The translations under genes were made by a program, and so were the position numbers. DNA of 59,340 nucleotides from a virus (lineage: Duplodnaviria; Caudoviricetes), in IMG/VR virus record IMGVR_UViG_3300038455_000058, positions 1 through 59,340 of that record. One strand, given 5' to 3'. The notes below the pieces were generated by a model. That model saw only the letters and a program-made list of their open reading frames with translations. It was not told where the DNA came from and did not search any database. Position 1 is the first letter of the stretch. Each line of letters begins with the position of its first letter. Shown here piece by piece: positions 48,770 through 57,377 of the stretch.

Positions 48770-49141
48770 ATGGCAATTTTCGATAGAGCTTTCGCTTTTG
48801 CGAACGGCGCCGTCCTTGGCATGGCCAGCGGCGGGTCTCTTGAGGGGCAGGGCGACCCGCTTCCCGTTGACACCATGGTTGAGGAGCTCGCCGGTGTCAC
48901 TCCTGTGCCCAAGCACTTCATTCTGTCGACCGACTCATTCGTCCCCCAAACGGGGCTCGAGTTCGATGCAGTGAAGAAGTGGTTGGATACCGAAGAGGTG
49001 AGCTGGAAGGTCCAGTTTGGTGGCAGCGGCAAGGCTGTTACCATGAAGGGATACCTCCAGGCGCCGTCTCTCAAGTGGGGAGCGGCGGACCACACGATGC
49101 TCTCTTTCAAAGCAATCTGCAAGGCCGCACCGTTCAAGTGA
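48770..49141 (+). CDS. Tail tube protein
   Basis: 123 aa beta-rich after sheath. Confidence 0.8.
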   Translation: MAIFDRAFAFANGAVLGMASGGSLEGQGDPLPVDTMVEELAGVTPVPKHFILSTDSFVPQTGLEFDAVKKWLDTEEVSWKVQFGGSGKAVTMKGYLQAPSLKWGAADHTMLSFKAICKAAPFK

Positions 49142-49148
49142 CTAACGC

Positions 49149-49721
49149 TTGCGCCACGTACTCCCACCCAAGGGTGTAGCTCCCGAAGTACTCTTCCGAA
49201 GGCTCCTCACGTTTCCAGCTCCCTCGGCACCGGTTGACTACCGGATTCGAGGTCTCGAACATAGCCTGGCCGCCACAGCACTGCCAGCCTCTCTTATCGC
49301 AACGGCAATTGAAGCCGGTGGCGACGTTGGGCTAGCAACCGTTATAGCCCACTCGCTGACCGCGGGTGGGCTATTGGTGTTTGGTGGCCCCGACGAGGTG
49401 CTCGATCTGACGGTAGACGAGTTTGCGGCACTCGCCACGTCATTTCAGGCGGCCTTTGACGGCATCTGTCCGATCCGTACCGAGTGTGCATATGCAGCTT
49501 GGATGGAGACGCTTACGAAGGGCGCAAGCCACGAGAGCAACGCTACGGCTAGGGAGCTGCTTGGCGGGTGCTACGAGTCAATCAACGTCGGGAAGCACAT
49601 CCGGATCATCAACAGACCGGAGAGGTACTTCGGATGCGCACCGCGCGAGCTACTGGACGGGCACCTGATGTGCGTCGAGGCGGCTCGCAGACTGCATGAA
49701 CAGAAGTATTCCACCGCATGA
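49149..49721 (+). CDS. Putative tail assembly chaperone
   Basis: Position only. Confidence 0.45.
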   Translation: MRHVLPPKGVAPEVLFRRLLTFPAPSAPVDYRIRGLEHSLAATALPASLIATAIEAGGDVGLATVIAHSLTAGGLLVFGGPDEVLDLTVDEFAALATSFQAAFDGICPIRTECAYAAWMETLTKGASHESNATARELLGGCYESINVGKHIRIINRPERYFGCAPRELLDGHLMCVEAARRLHEQKYSTA

Positions 49722-50320
49722 GTGAACGATCCAAACTCGGCGAGCTCATCAAGGCTCAGCCGCGCAAGACGTACGAGTTCCCCGTTGATGCATTCGCCGC
49801 GCTGGGCGGTGAGGTGCACAAGGTGGCCATCCGCGTTGCCACCAAGAAGGAGCAGGACGTGGCGCTGAAGAGTGCGCGGGCGTACGTGGCCCGCATGCTC
49901 GAGAGGGGCGAGAAGCCGGAGGACGCGGACGAGTTCTTCGAGGACGCCAAGAGCGCCGCGATCGTTGCGGCGTGCTGCCTCGATCCTGAGCAGGGAATGC
50001 TCCCAGTGTGGCCCAACGTGGATGTTGTGTCCGAGGACCTCACCCCCGATCGGATCGCCGTTCTCGTGCGCATGGTCAACGAGGTGCGGGCCAAGGATGG
50101 TCCGGTGCCCATCGATCTGGACGATGCCCGCGTTGAATCGTTCGCCACGATGGCAGCCGTTGGCGCATGCACAGACGTACCGGACACCCTCCTGACACCA
50201 CTATCCCACCCGTACCTGGTCCACCTGTACGTGCTCACCGCATTGAAGCTTCAAGAGGCTCGAGCCGAGCTGGCGAGGCTGGCGGCGAAGCCGGAAGAGC
50301 CGGAGACCGCCGATGTTTGA
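49718..50320 (+). CDS. Putative tail assembly chaperone
   Basis: Position; acidic helical. Confidence 0.5.
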   Translation: MSERSKLGELIKAQPRKTYEFPVDAFAALGGEVHKVAIRVATKKEQDVALKSARAYVARMLERGEKPEDADEFFEDAKSAAIVAACCLDPEQGMLPVWPNVDVVSEDLTPDRIAVLVRMVNEVRAKDGPVPIDLDDARVESFATMAAVGACTDVPDTLLTPLSHPYLVHLYVLTALKLQEARAELARLAAKPEEPETADV

Positions 50321-50657
50321 GGTGGACATCAGCGAGGTGATCGAGCTGGAGGCACTCGCGCGTGCAGAGCTGCAAAGTGTGCCGCGTGTCATGAAGGCTG
50401 TGCTTGACGTGGCTGCACTCGAGGAGCGCCGATCGCACGAGTATCGCAACAGGACCGGCAACCTCCAGCGGTCTACGCAAGCTCGCATTGATTCCAGGAG
50501 CGCCGATGGCGCGTCCGTTGAGCTGGAGATGGGCGAGGACTACGCGAGTTACGTAGTCCGTAAGGGACTCAGCCACATCGAGGAAGAGGCACACATGGCC
50601 GAGCGCGGGATCGATCTGGCGCTTGAAGCCATGGCTGGACGCATCGCGAGCAAGTAG
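50313..50657 (+). CDS. HK97 gp10-like tail completion protein
   Basis: YRNRTGNLQRS...YASYV. Confidence 0.65.
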   Translation: MFEVDISEVIELEALARAELQSVPRVMKAVLDVAALEERRSHEYRNRTGNLQRSTQARIDSRSADGASVELEMGEDYASYVVRKGLSHIEEEAHMAERGIDLALEAMAGRIASK

Positions 50658-52786
50658 TGGCTGCGGTCCGATTCATTTTCCAGGCTAGTGGCCTCTCCGA
50701 GACCAAGGCAGCCTTCTCGTCTGTTACCGCCGCGGCTAGGCAGACTGCAGCTGCCGTATCGAAGTCCGGGCAGGCGTCCGCATCCGGTGCCAAGGCCGCT
50801 TCGCGTGAGATGGCGCAGGAAACCGCCATCGCAAGGCGCCTCCTGGCCATCAGGAACGCCGAGGCCGCCGCCGCACTCAAGTCCTCGCGCGCAGCCGGCG
50901 CAGCGTTTGACGCCAAGCTGAGGGCCCAGGAACGGGCTACGGCCGCATACGAGCGGAACCTTCGCAAGCAAGTGGCTGCTGACGAGGCGGCGGAGCACCG
51001 CAAGACCCAGATCGCACAGCGCGAGACGGAGAAGAGGGAGAAGGCCGAGGCTCGAGCGACAAGGCGCATGGAGGCCGAGCGTCTCCGCACGATGAGCCGG
51101 ATCGCTGGACGCGTTGGAGGCGCACTCTACTCCGTTGGCGCCGATCTGAGCCGGCGCGCCTTCGACACGGTTGGTAGCGCCGTCAGAGACTCTCTGGCGC
51201 TGGGCGACCTGGCCAACCAGATCTCGATCAAGGGCAGACTACCTGGTCAGGAATACGCAGATCCGCGCGAGCTGCAGCGTCAGTTCCAAAACGCCGCTAT
51301 CGCCAACCCAGGGACGCGCGCCGCCGACATCGCCGCTGGTGTCCAGGAGTACCTGTCGAAGACCGGCGATCTGAAGACTGGCATGTCTCTAACCGAGACG
51401 TTTGCGAAGGCGCAGTCAGCCACCGGTACAGATGCCAAGGCACTCGCAGCCACCACCGCGGCCTTGTCTACAAACTTCAACTTCCAAGGGCTGAAGGACT
51501 TCCAACAGGCTCTAGCCGTACTGACATACCAGGGCAAGCAGGGCGCCTTCGAGCTTGAAGACGCGGCCGCACAGTTCACCCGCCTTTCGGCAGCGGCCAA
51601 TGCCTTCAACATCGGCAAGGGCGGGCAGGCAGTGGCCACGCTGGGTGGGCTAAGCCAGATCGCTTTCCGAGGCACCGGCAACGCACGTGCGGCTTCCACT
51701 GCCCTGCAGAACGTCTTCGCTGGCCTCACTACCAAGGCTCCGCGCGATCTCGTCTACACAAAGGAGGGCGGCAAGCGCGACATCAAGGACATCCTGGTAG
51801 ATGTCATCTCCAAGACTGGCGGGAATGACTTGGCTGCGAAGGAAGCTGGCCTCGCCAAGTTGTTTGGTAAGCAGGGCATCCGAGCCATCAACCCACTTTA
51901 CGCCGCGTTCTCTGACACGTTCCGCGCCACCAAGGGGACCGACGCCGAAAAGACCGCCGCGGGCATGGCGAAGCTGAGGCAGGTGCTGGACGAAAACATC
52001 CAGACCGTAGCCAACTGGTCAGACGTGGAGAGCGACGCCGCTCGAGCACAGGATAGCAACTCATCGAGGGTCACCGCCGCGATGGAGCTACTCCAAGCCA
52101 AGGTTGCGACGGACCTTGTGCCGGCGTTGATCCCGCTCATCGGCAAGCTTCCAGTGCTGATCGATGCGCTCGATCCGGTGATCGACATCTTCACCGACCT
52201 TGTTGGCGTCATCGGCGATCTGATCCAGTTCCTTGAGGAAGCCGACATAATCAAGCGCTCGCCGGGATCTGAGCAACGCAAGGCGCAGCGCGAGCTGGAC
52301 AAGCTCAACTCGGACATGAACGGCAGGATCGGTCCGCCATCAGAAGAGGAGCTGCGCCGCAAGGCCGCGCTTGAGTATCAAGTCAGAGCCCTCGGAGACG
52401 TGGAACATCAACCAAAAGAGGGCGACAGTGGCGCCGGGAAGCGCGTCATCAAGGGTGCAGCAGTTGGCGCTGCCGTCGGTGGAGCCATTGGTGGGAAGCC
52501 AGGCGCAGCAGTCGGCGCCACGTTGGGAGTGGTATCTGCGAAGGCCGCCGAGGAGCAGGCCAAGGACGCCGCTAACCAGCGAGGTCAGGGCTACATCGAG
52601 ACCGCATCTGGAGCCATCATCAGCGTTGGATCGATGCGAGATACAGCAGCTCACGCCGGTGGCGGAAAGGCGCCAGAGATCGACACTACCAAGGCTCAGG
52701 CTGGGATCGGAGCATTCACCTCGGCGCTTCTGGCTGCGGCAAAGTCGATTAGCGCAGCTGGGCAACCAACAGCCGGCAACCTCTGA
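50657..52786 (+). CDS. Tape measure protein
   Basis: Ala-rich helical; QGKQGAFELED, A.TAL.N motifs. Confidence 0.9.
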   Translation: MAAVRFIFQASGLSETKAAFSSVTAAARQTAAAVSKSGQASASGAKAASREMAQETAIARRLLAIRNAEAAAALKSSRAAGAAFDAKLRAQERATAAYERNLRKQVAADEAAEHRKTQIAQRETEKREKAEARATRRMEAERLRTMSRIAGRVGGALYSVGADLSRRAFDTVGSAVRDSLALGDLANQISIKGRLPGQEYADPRELQRQFQNAAIANPGTRAADIAAGVQEYLSKTGDLKTGMSLTETFAKAQSATGTDAKALAATTAALSTNFNFQGLKDFQQALAVLTYQGKQGAFELEDAAAQFTRLSAAANAFNIGKGGQAVATLGGLSQIAFRGTGNARAASTALQNVFAGLTTKAPRDLVYTKEGGKRDIKDILVDVISKTGGNDLAAKEAGLAKLFGKQGIRAINPLYAAFSDTFRATKGTDAEKTAAGMAKLRQVLDENIQTVANWSDVESDAARAQDSNSSRVTAAMELLQAKVATDLVPALIPLIGKLPVLIDALDPVIDIFTDLVGVIGDLIQFLEEADIIKRSPGSEQRKAQRELDKLNSDMNGRIGPPSEEELRRKAALEYQVRALGDVEHQPKEGDSGAGKRVIKGAAVGAAVGGAIGGKPGAAVGATLGVVSAKAAEEQAKDAANQRGQGYIETASGAIISVGSMRDTAAHAGGGKAPEIDTTKAQAGIGAFTSALLAAAKSISAAGQPTAGNL

Positions 52787-53700
52787 TGAGCAACGTAATT
52801 GGCGATCTCGCGCCGCTGAAGTGGCGCGGGCTTTTGGCTCCATGTGAAGCTGCGTCCTACCGTGGCGCGCACTCTCAGGCTAAGCGCCAATACCCGTACA
52901 TAGACGCGGCTGGACACGATTGGACAGGCAGGGACGCTTACGCGTTTCAGCCGACACGCTTGCACTTTCTCAACACTATCAAGCCAGGAGATTGGTACCC
53001 CACGAAGTGGAACGACTTCCGCGCCGCACTCGAGGACGGCTCCGCCGGTGACCTGGACCACCCCGATCTAGGCAGCGTAAGAGCCAGGGTACTCACGTGG
53101 GACGTTGCGCTGAATGCGCAGAACCGCGGCGGTGTGGTTGTCGAGGTTGTGTGGGAGGAGACGATCGACAACCTGGATGAGCGTGTCGTGTTTCTCGGTC
53201 CGGACATCTCGCCCAAGGCGCTTGCCGCGGGCGCAGACTCGGACATGGCGAAGCTTGGTATCGCGTATCCAACCGGGAAGCCAAACACATCGCTCACGGA
53301 CATGATCAACCAGATCGATGGGCTCGCCTTTTCGGCAACGCTCAGCGCTCAGGGGCTGATTAACCAGGCGATGGGCACCGTGTCCGGGCTCATCAAGACC
53401 ATTGACAGGCTGAACGACCACACCACTTGGGCCCTGCACGGGAACCTCGTGGCGCTGTGGAACGCGCTCCGTGCGATGGCTGCTGAGGTGGTTTCGGTGA
53501 ATCGCGCCACTCGCGTCATCGTGACCACAGCCGAAACAACGCTCGATCAGATTGCGCGAGACGCCGGTAACACGGTTGACGAGATTGTTGGGCTCAACCT
53601 GTCCCTCGTTAGCTCCCCGAGCGTTCCGAAGGGCTCGCGCGTTACCGTGTACTCCGGCGGAGTAAGCGTCAGTTCCCCGCTCAGGAAGCCGGGGCCGTGA
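52786..53700 (+). CDS. Mu gpN-like DNA circularization/tube initiator with LysM-like end
   Basis: WRG, YPY.D, G.L.HP..G; TL..IA...I..LN...VP.G. Confidence 0.8.
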   Translation: MSNVIGDLAPLKWRGLLAPCEAASYRGAHSQAKRQYPYIDAAGHDWTGRDAYAFQPTRLHFLNTIKPGDWYPTKWNDFRAALEDGSAGDLDHPDLGSVRARVLTWDVALNAQNRGGVVVEVVWEETIDNLDERVVFLGPDISPKALAAGADSDMAKLGIAYPTGKPNTSLTDMINQIDGLAFSATLSAQGLINQAMGTVSGLIKTIDRLNDHTTWALHGNLVALWNALRAMAAEVVSVNRATRVIVTTAETTLDQIARDAGNTVDEIVGLNLSLVSSPSVPKGSRVTVYSGGVSVSSPLRKPGP

Positions 53701-54902
53701 GTGTTCCGGTTGAGCTCAGGTTCTCGGGCGGCGAGATCCTGAGAGCGTGGGAATCTGTGTCCTTAAGGGACACTTTCACGGACCCACTCGGTGACGCCTC
53801 CCTGACGGCCCGTCCGCCGCGCGAGCTGATCGAGAGTTACAACGCCAGGCTGGTCAAGGGCTCGCTGGTATCTGTCATCGTGAACGGTGCGCCGCAGGGC
53901 GTGAATCTGATCCAGTCGGTGACGCGCCGGATCGATCGCAACGGCGTCTCGTTTGACGTGGAGTGCCAGTCTGTGCTGGCCACCCCGTACGAGGCAAGCG
54001 CAAACCCGGACTATGCCTTCTCCAGCAAGACTGACACGCCCATCTCGGCCGTGGTCCTGGACATCATGCGCCCATTCGGCTTCGAGGAGGTGTTCATCAA
54101 CGCAGAGGATGACGTTCCTGCGCGGATGGGCAAGGCGCTCAAGCACACCGGCGGGAAGCTCTTCGTCGAGGCGCTTAAGCACCAGGACTGCCAGGTCCAG
54201 GAGGGGGAGACGGCGTACGGCGTTGTCGATCGCATCGTCAACCGCCTGGGTCTCATCCTGCGCGTGGACGTGGCCGGACGACTTCTGTTGGTGCGCCCAC
54301 GATACGACCAGGATGCGGCGTACACGCTGGTGCACGATTTCCTGAACACGCACCGCGGCGATCACATGCTCGATGGGATCGAGATCCGCGACACCAACAA
54401 GAATCAGCACAGCGAGTGCGTGGTGCGCGGTGTGGCGAAGGACTCCGGCGACCAGACCCAGACTTCGCAGCCGATCGCCAGGGTTGGCAAGAGCGGCTTT
54501 CGTCCAACGACGGCGCCATACGGCAAGGTGCCGCTCACCACACTCGAGGACGGGCGGCACACCTACTCTTCGGACGACAGCATCGCGCCGTACAAGCCCA
54601 AGTTCTTCAAGGACAAGAAGATCCGGGACAAGGCTCGAGCCCAATCGCTCGCCAAGCTGATCCTGGGCATGAAGGCGAAGGACGCGTTTACCGTCAAGTG
54701 CGAGGTTGCGGGCTTCGTCTCACGAGAAGGGCGCGTGTGGAGCATTGATACTGTGGCTCGCGTGGTCATCGGATCGATCGGACTCGATGAGAACATGTGG
54801 ATCCTGTCCCGCGAGCTGAAGGCTGACCGCCAACGCGGGCAGATCACCAGCTTGGAACTGATCCCGCTCAATAGTCTGCAGCTTGGCGACGTGCCGACGT
54901 GA
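53697..54902 (+). CDS. Baseplate hub (Mu gpP/gp44-like)
   Basis: WESV, GETAY..VDR...G, G.VW....V. Confidence 0.8.
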   Translation: MSVPVELRFSGGEILRAWESVSLRDTFTDPLGDASLTARPPRELIESYNARLVKGSLVSVIVNGAPQGVNLIQSVTRRIDRNGVSFDVECQSVLATPYEASANPDYAFSSKTDTPISAVVLDIMRPFGFEEVFINAEDDVPARMGKALKHTGGKLFVEALKHQDCQVQEGETAYGVVDRIVNRLGLILRVDVAGRLLLVRPRYDQDAAYTLVHDFLNTHRGDHMLDGIEIRDTNKNQHSECVVRGVAKDSGDQTQTSQPIARVGKSGFRPTTAPYGKVPLTTLEDGRHTYSSDDSIAPYKPKFFKDKKIRDKARAQSLAKLILGMKAKDAFTVKCEVAGFVSREGRVWSIDTVARVVIGSIGLDENMWILSRELKADRQRGQITSLELIPLNSLQLGDVPT

Positions 54903-55360
54903 TTATCTATAGCTGGACAGCGTTTCGTCACCACTTCAACCCGTTCGGGGACATCGGTCCAGACGGCGTGGAGGGGTGGCCGATCGATGACGTGAGGGCC
55001 GGCGGATTCGACGGCGGCTTCTCTGGCATCGCTGAGCCAATCACGGCGTTTCCGATTGATGTATCCGTTGACGGCAGCGCGTCCGGTGCACTCGCGTACC
55101 ACGCGTACCTCAGCCAGAGGACCGACGATCCGGATGCTCAGTACCTGTCTATCATCAGGAAGAGCGGCAAGAGCGGGACGTTTACGATCGGGCTGACGGC
55201 GCTTGCAGTGACCGAACTTGGGTTGACGCTGGCCACCGATCCAGTCAGCTCGGCGCAGCTCATCCAGGCCCTCAAGTACGTGACTCTCTACGTCCAGCGC
55301 CTCTCTGATGGCGCGATCCAGCTGGTGAACTTGCTGGACGCGACCTTGCCAGACGCATGA
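54899..55360 (+). CDS. Hypothetical baseplate-region protein
   Basis: 4-nt overlaps with both neighbours. Confidence 0.55.
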   Translation: MIIYSWTAFRHHFNPFGDIGPDGVEGWPIDDVRAGGFDGGFSGIAEPITAFPIDVSVDGSASGALAYHAYLSQRTDDPDAQYLSIIRKSGKSGTFTIGLTALAVTELGLTLATDPVSSAQLIQALKYVTLYVQRLSDGAIQLVNLLDATLPDA

Positions 55361-56046
55361 TCAAATTCGCCGACCACACTACCGGCATCTCAGACGTCCT
55401 CGGCTCGAGCGTGGACGGTGGAGAGGTGCGGCTCAACCTGGGTTTCTACCAGGGGACGAGCGAGGACCTTGGGATCGGTGCCGCCTCGCCGATGTGGAGT
55501 CAGGCTGGCTTCGCCTCTAGACCGGCTGACCCTGGGTCTGGTGGTGCCGCTATGGCACTGTGGCTCCAGGATGGGGACCAGCGTCGCGTGCTCGCGACCA
55601 GGGACAATAGGCGCGTAGAGAAGGTCGGGGATCTGAAGCCAGGTGGCGTCGCTATCTTCTCTAGCGGCACGTCAAACAGCTTCGTCACGCTCGACGGAGA
55701 GAACGGAACTATCTCGATCTACTCCCCGTACGCCTACTCGTCTGACGTGCCAGGCAAGGCGCACCTGATCGCGCTCAACACAGAGTCGGGCAATGAGTCC
55801 ATCTCGATCGTGCACGGTGAGGGGCACTCGATCCTGATGACTACGAGCGGGAGCCTTGTGTTGAAGAACAAGGCCGGAGACGCGTACATCGAGATCAATG
55901 ATGGCGGCATCGTGCTCAACGGCAACGTGACAATCAACGGTGGATTCGTCGCTGGTGATGTCACTACAGCGCTCCCAGTACTGGTCGGTACACCGCCAGG
56001 TACTCCGTCGACGGTCGTCAAGATCAGCATCAACCCGCCGCCTTGA
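55357..56046 (+). CDS. Baseplate spike (Mu gp45-like)
   Basis: GFASRP, D.R, LKPG..AI, beta-helix-like C-terminus. Confidence 0.75.
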   Translation: MIKFADHTTGISDVLGSSVDGGEVRLNLGFYQGTSEDLGIGAASPMWSQAGFASRPADPGSGGAAMALWLQDGDQRRVLATRDNRRVEKVGDLKPGGVAIFSSGTSNSFVTLDGENGTISIYSPYAYSSDVPGKAHLIALNTESGNESISIVHGEGHSILMTTSGSLVLKNKAGDAYIEINDGGIVLNGNVTINGGFVAGDVTTALPVLVGTPPGTPSTVVKISINPPP

Positions 56047-56348
56047 GCAATTGTGCATTCCCTGCGCTGAGCCTGTCCTTGGCGCTCCCGGCACTGCCAG
56101 GGCTCAGCCTGCCATCCTTGCCGTCTCTACCACCTCTCCCGAGCCTTCCAGGGCTGCCAGCGCTCGACATCAGCCTGGCACTTCCGGCGCTCCCAGGGCT
56201 CTCCCTGCCGTCTCTGCCGAGTCTCCCGAGCCTGCCGAGCCTCCCAGGATTGCCGTCTCTGAGCCTGTCCCTGGCAATCCCATCGCTGCCAGGGCTGACG
56301 CTGCCGAGCCTACCGGCGCTACCAAGCCTCTTCTGTCCGCTGGACTAG
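56043..56348 (+). CDS. Leu-Pro-X repeat protein with terminal Cys
   Basis: TTGA coupling to spike; about 3 copies of 32-aa unit; ends FCPLD. Confidence 0.65.
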   Translation: MSNCAFPALSLSLALPALPGLSLPSLPSLPPLPSLPGLPALDISLALPALPGLSLPSLPSLPSLPSLPGLPSLSLSLAIPSLPGLTLPSLPALPSLFCPLD

Positions 56349-56584
56349 GGGTAGACAACGACACACACGTAGGCGCCGTCGTTGCGGGTGAAGCACTTGC
56401 ACGACATGTGCTCGTAGAGCGCCAGGAAGCCGATCGCCAGCGCCACGCCGACAGCGAGCCGAACTACCACGGCTGGGCTCGGTCTGGGCTTCGGCTCGAC
56501 CACCTCGACCACATCCTCGGCGCGCAGCTCCTCAGGCTCCATGAGAAGCATGCTACCGCCTACTCCGGCAGCTTGTCCACACAC
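56345..56584 (-). CDS. Small membrane protein (antisense moron)
   Basis: One hydrophobic helix; follows lipoprotein; start uncertain. Confidence 0.4.
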   Translation of the reverse strand: MCGQAAGVGGSMLLMEPEELRAEDVVEVVEPKPRPSPAVVVRLAVGVALAIGFLALYEHMSCKCFTRNDGAYVCVVVYP

Positions 56585-56949
56585 AAGCCATTCCCGTTGC
56601 AGACGCCCTCAGAGCACGGGAAGCCAGGCGGCATGGCAACGATGCCACAGACGCCATGACCGCACGTCTTGCTCCAGCAATCAGGCGATCCAGACACGAC
56701 GCCGTGGCTCACCACCACCGGATCTGGGCACTCCAGTGCGCACGCACAGTAATCGGCGTTCGGGACCACGCCACATGGACCTACATCTGGCTTGACAGGC
56801 GGCGGGATGTGCGGAGTGACGATCTCGCCTGAGCCGCCAGCACCATCACCGCCGGCACCACCGCCACCAGTTCCGCCTTCGGTGGAATCGTCAGTGGCGC
56901 CACCGCAGGCGCAAAGCGCAATCGCGATCACAGCAAACAGAGTCCTCAT
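56560..56949 (-). CDS. Cys-rich lipoprotein moron, leaderless
   Basis: MRTLFAVIAIALCA-C lipobox, Gly linker, Cys-rich; TTGACA-16-TAGCCT-7-ATG. Confidence 0.75.
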   Translation of the reverse strand: MRTLFAVIAIALCACGGATDDSTEGGTGGGGAGGDGAGGSGEIVTPHIPPPVKPDVGPCGVVPNADYCACALECPDPVVVSHGVVSGSPDCWSKTCGHGVCGIVAMPPGFPCSEGVCNGNGLCVDKLPE

Positions 56950-56987
56950 TCCGCGCAGGCTAATCACCCCACAGAGACTGTCAACGC

Positions 56988-57377
56988 GTGCCTTACACGA
57001 AGGGTCCATACTCCACGCCGTCATCGATTCCGGCGCCAGACCGCCCGGAGCTTTCTGATAGCCGTGGAATCCAGTTCTCCACAGGCACCTATATCACGAA
57101 TTCCGCCGGTGGATTCGATGCGATGCCGCCGATTGCCCAGCGTGTCCTGCTCCTCGTGGCGTTTGCGGGCGGCACACCAGACCCGCTGATTACGCCCCAG
57201 GCGATGGCGTCCGCCAAGGACCGCATCCGCAAAGCTCTATCGATTCTCACCAGCGGGAAGACGCCAGCCATTCGGATCGATGAACTCGAAGCGTCCCGCA
57301 CCGGCGCCGGCACAACCGGAATCACACTTAGGTTTAAGGACTTGACTACTTCGCTTAGCCACACGGTGCAGCTGTGA
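56988..57377 (+). CDS. Baseplate wedge/sheath initiator (gp46/gp25-like)
   Basis: QRV.L...I..AL..L; precedes J. Confidence 0.65.
   Translation: MPYTKGPYSTPSSIPAPDRPELSDSRGIQFSTGTYITNSAGGFDAMPPIAQRVLLLVAFAGGTPDPLITPQAMASAKDRIRKALSILTSGKTPAIRIDELEASRTGAGTTGITLRFKDLTTSLSHTVQL

Noticed and set aside
49149-50320. Programmed frameshift between tail chaperones
   Set aside because: No slippery heptamer seen; genes are ATGA-coupled
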